Virus record (IMG/VR): IMGVR_UViG_3300025018_000001
Length of the DNA: 64,000 nucleotides
Strand: one strand, 5' to 3'
Origin: a virus
Lineage: Duplodnaviria; Caudoviricetes
Positions 57,669 through 64,000 of this stretch are shown here, one piece after another. How positions within the stretch are numbered: position 1 is the first letter of the stretch; every line of letters starts with the position of its first letter. A model generated the notes under the pieces. The model saw only the letters and a program-made list of their open reading frames with translations. It was not told the DNA's origin and made no database searches. The position numbers and the translations under genes were made by a program.

Positions 57669-58801
57669 TAATGTCGCCTAACAGGAGTTATTAAAGCCTT
57701 CTGATTACTAAACTGTGCTGAGTCAAATATTACAGCACTTGTATCATTAGAAAACTGCATAATGACTAAATCATCCATTATAGCTGTTAGAGTCTGTAAT
57801 AGATAGGTACCGTTAAGATCAACTATAAAATCACCTGTAAACTTAATGTCTTCGCTATATTCTGCATCAGCAAAATCATTCTTTAATGATAACTTATTAT
57901 TAACTAAAGTTATGGTTAGTCTACTATGATCTTCTTGATCAAGTGACGGAAGTACTGGTGCTAAACTACTTAATAGTATATTCTTATTTAGTGTAATTGT
58001 ATGAGTAAAATTCTCAAAAGCTTTTGTATAGTCTGGGTACTCCTCACCTAGTATTAATTGACCATGTAGTACAGTATTACTAAATTTAGCTTTTATTTTA
58101 CCGTTGTCTATACAAAAGAATACGGTACTATCTGTGTCTAATACACGTTTTAATGCGTTAACAAAACTATAGGTAAGTGTAAAACTACCCTCAAAAAACT
58201 TACTAGTGTTAGGTGTTTTATACTCAGATAGTTTTTGTGCGTCAGTACCTGCAAAATATACATAGTCTTTATCGAAATTTATATTTATACCTTGTAAAAA
58301 ATTACGTATTGATGAGGGATTAACAGCATACATAACTTTAGACAAAGCTAAACGTAGAGTAGCTGCATTAATTTCAAATAAACTTTGTGTAAAAGGTGAT
58401 GGTATTGCAATTTTTTGTGGTGGATATAAACGTAATTTTAATTTATGAGCTGTTTTTTTATTGTTAGCCGCAAGGCTATCAATTGTAACAGATAGGTCAT
58501 TCTTAAGTGCTTTGAATTTAACTATCTTAGCTCCCACACCCTCGGATAGATAGGGGAATGCAAAAAGAAAAGAACTAAGTTTGCCATATAATATAGCATT
58601 AACGCCTACCGTTTTTACGTCACATTTAGGCACTACATGCGTTAGAGATACTAATTTATTACTACAAAGTAGCACTAATTCTCCGGTATCTCTAATGTCC
58701 ATAAACAATTGTCCGTCTGTGTCCTCAGAAGTAGCTTTAGCTACAGCACTAAATAATTTCATGGCTTTCTGAAGAGACAGTAAATCTACACTAAATTCCA
58801 T
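57668..58801 (-). CDS. dnaN: Sliding clamp, DNA polymerase III beta-like
   Basis: L.GI, GTD..KL, EYPDY, N..YL, LI.PVR; about 377 aa. Confidence 0.88.
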   Translation of the reverse strand: MEFSVDLLSLQKAMKLFSAVAKATSEDTDGQLFMDIRDTGELVLLCSNKLVSLTHVVPKCDVKTVGVNAILYGKLSSFLFAFPYLSEGVGAKIVKFKALKNDLSVTIDSLAANNKKTAHKLKLRLYPPQKIAIPSPFTQSLFEINAATLRLALSKVMYAVNPSSIRNFLQGININFDKDYVYFAGTDAQKLSEYKTPNTSKFFEGSFTLTYSFVNALKRVLDTDSTVFFCIDNGKIKAKFSNTVLHGQLILGEEYPDYTKAFENFTHTITLNKNILLSSLAPVLPSLDQEDHSRLTITLVNNKLSLKNDFADAEYSEDIKFTGDFIVDLNGTYLLQTLTAIMDDLVIMQFSNDTSAVIFDSAQFSNQKALITPVRRH

Positions 58802-58845
58802 AATAACTCCTTTTAGTTAATGTTAAAATACTAAATTGTCTGTAT

Positions 58846-58874
58846 AGTATAAGGTATATTTATTGAAATGTCAA
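58846..58874 (-). promoter_or_regulatory. Sigma70-type promoter heading the replication operon
   Basis: TTGACA-N17-TATACT. Confidence 0.8.
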
Positions 58875-61646
58875 CTATAAAATTAGTTGCGGGGTGATAT
58901 TACTTAAAATAAAATCATTGTGAAGAGAGTCACCAACACCTATTATAAAGTAAGCACTTCTAAATGGCACTTCTAAGTAGTAGAAACCATTATTATCTGT
59001 TATAGATGATCCTAGTAAATCACCAGAATTTTGGTCATATACTAAAACCCTTGTGATGTACGTCTTATTATATATTGTAGTGTAACCTCTCACAAAATAA
59101 TTACTAAATTCTATTAGTTCATCTTTTAAACTTCTGTTCATAAATAGCACAGAGTCGCTAGATATTTGATGCTTGAAAAAAAATACTTCCGATATTTTAC
59201 CAGTTATGCCTGTCTCTAGGTCACCAAGAATCACAGACGTTTCATTTGTACGTACTCCTTCGGCTGTCTTGAATAAAAAGCGGGTATCGGAATCACCTAG
59301 TAAAGCGTTTAAGTCCGTAAAATTACTAGACACACCTAAAGTATAAGATAGCCAGTCAGAGGATAACGTATAATCAGGTAATTCTAAAATATGTGTAATA
59401 TTATTATACCTATACTCCATAGCTAATACATTATTATTACGCGATGAACGTCTGAAAAAAGAGCAATTTTCATTTGTATAGAAATTTGAAATATAAAAAG
59501 AGGTGACCCCACCGGTATTAGACACTCCTTGGGTATTATTAAGAATAATTTTAGTATAAGTTTTTGTGGTTGACCCCACGGAGTAACCATTATACCAGGC
59601 GCCATCATAATAATAAGTATATTTTGTAGTTGTGCCATCATTATATATACGTATCTTACCTGAGAAATAATCTACAACACTACCTATATTAACCCCCCAT
59701 TTTGTTGTAAAAGTTCCTGGGGCTACTTGTTGTATATAAATATATGAAAGGTTATTTGAACGTGTAACACTGAATAGATACTCATTTACTTCCCCAACAA
59801 AGTGTAACCTGACCCTTATGGCCCAATCATCACTTAAGTTCCCGCCAGTGACATCAAAATCAAAAGAGAAATCAAAGTCATCACCCACGTAATAGTTAGT
59901 TGTAATTCTATTATCTAGATTAGTATCGAATTTAATTCTATTCCCATCTAATGTAGCACCACCTAATAAAATAGTCCACAAATAAGGGTCTAGTGGATCA
60001 CCTATAGGTCCAGAAAAATCATCACTTAAACTATCACGGGTTAGTAAGGGTGTTTGTTGATAGTATAAAGACATTGAAGTTTTAGAATATAAACCTTTGG
60101 TCATAATAATATTACCATCATCTATAGTACCGAATATAAGTGCTTGTGAAGTATAACCATAGTTATATCTATGATTAGTACCTAGATCTGCCGTACTAGT
60201 TAAACTATTAAATTTTATGGCATAGCTTCCTAAATTGTCAGAAGTTATAGATACATTATTTAATGCTAACACAGGTGAGTTAATATCTGTGGAGTTAACA
60301 TAACCAAATGAGGGATTAAAGTGGTGTACAGAACTAAACTTATCTTTCCAAACTAGCTGAGAGGGTATTATAGGATTTTCAAGCTTTACCGAGTCCACGC
60401 GTAGAATACAATATTGACTACTTAACACGCCGCTATATAGTAAAGTGTATAAATTACTAAACTCTTTGTATACAAATATACCTGATATATTAGTAAGGTC
60501 GTAAGTACCCTGTAAATTAAACTCAGAAAATAAATGAAAATCAGTGAAGGTTTTACCATCCTCAGAAGAAGCATAATACATTGTGCCTCCACCAGAGACA
60601 TTAACTTTTATCCATACGTAATATAAACCATTCTCAAAGTAGGCGAAATTTATATTTATAGTGCTTATAACAACATCTATGTCAATAGTGGTTTCATGAA
60701 GAAGACCTTGGCGGTTTACCCAAGATATACCATCACTAGACTCAGCATATAATATGGAATAATAATAAGTGTTACCTATACCCACACCACTATACCACAT
60801 TTTATATACAGAACCTTCTGCTATTACACAGGGTGATTGTTTACCGTTACGGGTGTCATAAAAACTAGTGCTATCTAAACCAGTGCACTCTATAAAATTA
60901 TACCAAACTTTACCATCTAAAGATTCACAGTAGAAAATTCTATGCCCCAAAGTGGAGTTAGCATTATTACCAGAATACCACATCTTAAAGACATCATTCT
61001 CAAGAAGTACTGTTCCAGCAGTTTTATATATTCTAGTTTCTGTAGGTACATCATCTACACATATGGTAAAGTTAGTAAAATTTATTAAATCTAAGGATTC
61101 ACAATAATAAATAGCACCGTGCCAGTAACCACCTACAACTACCTTACCCATATACCATAATAAATATTTTCCATTATGTTTTATAATACTAATAGGTTCT
61201 CCGCCGTAAGTATCGTAAACGCTGTAAGATCCGGAAGGTATTAGGGGGTATATAGCTAAGTCACCAGCTTCTGAAATATATGAAACATTACTTTCTTTAG
61301 TTACATCATAATAAAAATAAAAAACATTTGTATAAGTGGAAGAAACTTCTAGAGGTAGAAACCAGAACAATGCTTTCTCAGTGACATGATCCCACATATC
61401 TAATTCAGCATATAACTGTTTCTCTTCCCCATCTACTATTTGCGAAAAAGCTACTTTTTTTCTGCTAGCGTAACTACTACCCGCTATTGCCATATGATTA
61501 AATACGTGACAGATATCTGTTTTTGAGAAACCAGATTGATTGGATAATCTAAAAAGTATAGGTACAATTTCAGTACAAACCCCCACCCTTTCTATTGGTA
61601 CAGTAAATTGTAATCTATTGGAATTCTCCCAGCCTGATAAACTCAT
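58875..61646 (-). CDS. Large tail/adhesin protein: DUF2341-like N-terminus, 5-bladed glycoside-hydrolase-like propeller, lectin-like domains
   Basis: Five repeats of V/I...G.Y.MWYSG plus Y.ES.DG..W Asp boxes. Confidence 0.75.
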   Translation of the reverse strand: MSLSGWENSNRLQFTVPIERVGVCTEIVPILFRLSNQSGFSKTDICHVFNHMAIAGSSYASRKKVAFSQIVDGEEKQLYAELDMWDHVTEKALFWFLPLEVSSTYTNVFYFYYDVTKESNVSYISEAGDLAIYPLIPSGSYSVYDTYGGEPISIIKHNGKYLLWYMGKVVVGGYWHGAIYYCESLDLINFTNFTICVDDVPTETRIYKTAGTVLLENDVFKMWYSGNNANSTLGHRIFYCESLDGKVWYNFIECTGLDSTSFYDTRNGKQSPCVIAEGSVYKMWYSGVGIGNTYYYSILYAESSDGISWVNRQGLLHETTIDIDVVISTININFAYFENGLYYVWIKVNVSGGGTMYYASSEDGKTFTDFHLFSEFNLQGTYDLTNISGIFVYKEFSNLYTLLYSGVLSSQYCILRVDSVKLENPIIPSQLVWKDKFSSVHHFNPSFGYVNSTDINSPVLALNNVSITSDNLGSYAIKFNSLTSTADLGTNHRYNYGYTSQALIFGTIDDGNIIMTKGLYSKTSMSLYYQQTPLLTRDSLSDDFSGPIGDPLDPYLWTILLGGATLDGNRIKFDTNLDNRITTNYYVGDDFDFSFDFDVTGGNLSDDWAIRVRLHFVGEVNEYLFSVTRSNNLSYIYIQQVAPGTFTTKWGVNIGSVVDYFSGKIRIYNDGTTTKYTYYYDGAWYNGYSVGSTTKTYTKIILNNTQGVSNTGGVTSFYISNFYTNENCSFFRRSSRNNNVLAMEYRYNNITHILELPDYTLSSDWLSYTLGVSSNFTDLNALLGDSDTRFLFKTAEGVRTNETSVILGDLETGITGKISEVFFFKHQISSDSVLFMNRSLKDELIEFSNYFVRGYTTIYNKTYITRVLVYDQNSGDLLGSSITDNNGFYYLEVPFRSAYFIIGVGDSLHNDFILSNITPQLIL

Positions 61647-61657
61647 TGTTATACCTC

Positions 61658-62032
61658 TTATATAATAGGTGTGGGTACTACGCTTTTGGCCACTATATGG
61701 TTATAGTCAGAGTTATCTGACAAACTTACAATAAAACAAGTACCACTAGTAGTAATAGGAAGTGTAAAAACACCACTTTGATTATTTGATATACATTGCC
61801 CCACTAACCTAAATGATTCACTATCATAGGCGTATATAATAGCTTCTTTAGGCGTACCTTCTAAAGTTACGTCACCGTAAAAATAGTGAGTATTTAAAGT
61901 TATTTTAACCGGTGTATTAAATTTGTGCAGTATTGACACAGTATAGTCTGCAATATATATTGCATTAGTACCTACAAGGGGTGTACTCTCAAGTACACCT
62001 ATACTATAATCTGCTATCCTAATTTCAGTCAT
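61658..62032 (-). CDS. Small structural protein with carboxypeptidase-regulatory-like module
   Basis: Shares G.V...I..YD...G......S...G.F motif with the C-termini of 27035 and 58875 proteins. Confidence 0.6.
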   Translation of the reverse strand: MTEIRIADYSIGVLESTPLVGTNAIYIADYTVSILHKFNTPVKITLNTHYFYGDVTLEGTPKEAIIYAYDSESFRLVGQCISNNQSGVFTLPITTSGTCFIVSLSDNSDYNHIVAKSVVPTPII

Positions 62033-62034
62033 AG

Positions 62035-63684
62035 TTACCCAGAAATAGTTGTAAAACCGAACTCATTTGCCGTTATGAATGTGTCTTTCCAGTCTTCTAA
62101 AGAGTCTGGTGTTACATCCTGGATAAAACTTAGCATACTGTATTTAGTTGTAGGTAGTATTGAACCACTGTTAGTTGTATTACTACCACTAACCATAGTA
62201 GATGTCAAGTATAAGTCAACGCCCATATCTTTTTTTGCTATTATGTCACTACTTAGTGCCAGTATATTAGTTATACCTGAAGGCACTGATAACATATAAG
62301 TATCTGTACTACCTAGACTACTAGAGTAAATATATTTAGAGCCAGCCTCTTCAAGTAGTTGCCATTCAATGTATAACTTAGGTGAGTTAACGTGGTAAGA
62401 ATCATTATTGGCTTCGTAAGCAGTATAACCTACCCTTATATAAGAATAGTTGGTGTCTACATAATGTAGGTCTATTACAGCCAAAATACTATTATTGTTT
62501 TGTTGCCAATCAGGTAAATCAACTAGTTCTTGTAGTGATGCTTTTATATCTCTATTTGCTATATTGCCCTGCTGAGGTATTTTTGTTTTATTATAAGTAA
62601 ACTTTCTACTTAACAGGTCAGCACTAGAGGTAATTTGCGTAACAGGTGTACCAGACTTTTCAAAAAAAATTAGCTGCTCATTTATATCATCCTCACTAAT
62701 TATCTCAGTAGGGTTTACTAGTAAGTAAGCATTAGTAATTTTGGCATTTTTAGGTATATTAATATTTGAGAACCTGAACCAGTAGTAACAACTTCTAGTG
62801 TTTGTGTCCATATATATTGAAGCTACACTAGGAACCATGACCGATGTATTATTGAATACCCAGTCCGCACCAGAACCATTTCTTACGTAACTACCATCAT
62901 CTGCACCACTGTATTCATAATAGGTACTATTATAAGTTTGGGTGTTAATAGGGTATACTGTATTAGTAATAATACTAGCATTACTAGTACCAGAGTAAGT
63001 TGCTTCAGGAAGGAATTGTTGTGAACTTCCACCAGTTAATACGGGTAAAGTAGAAACGGTACAGTTACCTAAAAATGTATTATTCTTTGTACCTAAAGTG
63101 TTTAAAATATACAAATCTTCTATGTATGCAAAGTCATCAGAAGATAAGGAGCTTACATTTTTACCTATTTTAATATTATTGACTAGGTGTGGTGTAGTAG
63201 TTATGGTGTTTAAAGAGGTTAAACTTAGTATAGCTACCTCATTTATATGAATATCCAATGTGCCCTGTGTATCACTAAACTTAATTTTAATCTCTATATA
63301 GGCCCATTTATTTAATATGAAGCCTTGGTTAAATCCGTAGTTATTGTATATATCATCAGTATACCAATATATACCTGAGGCCATAATAACTATTCTACTT
63401 TGTATGTCATTATTATAACAAAAATATATAGTAAACTGGTCAGTTACATCTTTTACACGCACTAATGCAAAACCAATTACAAGTTCATCGTAGGCATCAT
63501 CCAGATTTTGTTGTATAAAATCATCCTCTGGTTCAGAGTAGGAACATTCCAAGGCTAATACATTACCTCCTCTTCGGCCAAAAGATCCCTCTTTCACATA
63601 CATACTACAATTAGCAGTGCGCTCTTGCCATTTAAGTGGTAAGTGTAAGTAATTTTTAAAACTATCAAAAAATAAAAGAGACAT
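62035..63684 (-). CDS. Structural protein with LamG-like and DNRLRE/CBM96-like domains
   Basis: W.YIEIK...G.....INE, YI.DLY, RFSNINIPKNAKITNAYL. Confidence 0.65.
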   Translation of the reverse strand: MSLLFFDSFKNYLHLPLKWQERTANCSMYVKEGSFGRRGGNVLALECSYSEPEDDFIQQNLDDAYDELVIGFALVRVKDVTDQFTIYFCYNNDIQSRIVIMASGIYWYTDDIYNNYGFNQGFILNKWAYIEIKIKFSDTQGTLDIHINEVAILSLTSLNTITTTPHLVNNIKIGKNVSSLSSDDFAYIEDLYILNTLGTKNNTFLGNCTVSTLPVLTGGSSQQFLPEATYSGTSNASIITNTVYPINTQTYNSTYYEYSGADDGSYVRNGSGADWVFNNTSVMVPSVASIYMDTNTRSCYYWFRFSNINIPKNAKITNAYLLVNPTEIISEDDINEQLIFFEKSGTPVTQITSSADLLSRKFTYNKTKIPQQGNIANRDIKASLQELVDLPDWQQNNNSILAVIDLHYVDTNYSYIRVGYTAYEANNDSYHVNSPKLYIEWQLLEEAGSKYIYSSSLGSTDTYMLSVPSGITNILALSSDIIAKKDMGVDLYLTSTMVSGSNTTNSGSILPTTKYSMLSFIQDVTPDSLEDWKDTFITANEFGFTTISG

Positions 63685-63687
63685 AAA

Positions 63688-64000
63688 TTATTCCTTCCAA
63701 AAATCTTCTGCTTGAATATGTGTCCAGTTCATATTATTATATGAACCTGGTGATACATAAGTAGGGTCATCGAATTTAAAGTGTATATTAGTAGCTGTAG
63801 GTGCTTCATAAGCCTTACCTACTATAAGCGCAGTTAGATTATTAGTATCCTTATACAATTTAGGTGTAATATACGCATCCAAAAGCTTAAAATTATTTAA
63901 TATTCCTGTTATTGTAGCTTTACAGGAAAGTGACCAATGATTAATCCTTTTAACTTTTATATTAGCTTGTAGATCAGTTGAAGGGAAGGTGGTGGCAATT
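63688..64000 (-). CDS. 3' end of a gene truncated by the window edge
   Basis: Frame stays open from 63882 to the window end. Confidence 0.7.
   Translation of the reverse strand, partial: IATTFPSTDLQANIKVKRINHWSLSCKATITGILNNFKLLDAYITPKLYKDTNNLTALIVGKAYEAPTATNIHFKFDDPTYVSPGSYNNMNWTHIQAEDFWKE

Noticed and set aside
1-64000. Genome-wide TAG reassignment (code 15)
   Set aside because: All long conserved genes are intact in code 11, and TAG ends genes with normal coupling (Clp ATPase TAG overlaps the next ATG). Read-through at 1993, 12311, 17395 and 29017 adds only short tails.
1-64000. Bacterial chromosome or integrated prophage
   Set aside because: No rRNA, ribosomal proteins, integrase or host-like operons; many small unknown ORFs, single-strand bias and tail-like genes indicate a large phage

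Overview
AT-rich, gene-dense segment of a large (jumbo-type) dsDNA bacteriophage genome in standard genetic code, nearly all on the minus strand. It holds a complete replication/recombination block (PolA, DnaN, DnaX, DnaB, DnaG, SSB, RecA, RuvC, Rad52-like), nucleotide metabolism (class II NrdJ, dUTPase, ThyA, DHFR, NUDIX, 5'-nucleotidase), chaperones (DnaK, DnaJ, Clp-type ATPase), two glycosyltransferase/methyltransferase clusters, a Dam plus restriction-endonuclease-like pair, tail/adhesin-like structural genes, a secreted pentaheme c-type cytochrome (suggesting an anaerobic metal/sulfate-respiring host) and 10 tRNA genes. The most striking signal is translation-coupled control of phage tRNAs. 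(i) An 8-tRNA array is preceded by a 24-codon leader peptide whose central 16 codons use only, and all of, the 8 amino acids served by the array, followed by overlapping antiterminator/terminator hairpins, i.e. an apparent multi-tRNA-sensing attenuator. (ii) An amber-suppressor tRNA(CUA) lies between two Pth2-family genes, in an operon headed by a 14-codon leader with an in-frame TAG. An ArfA-like ORF sitting in frame behind a TAG may belong to the same circuit. All family assignments are motif recognition by eye; no searches were run.
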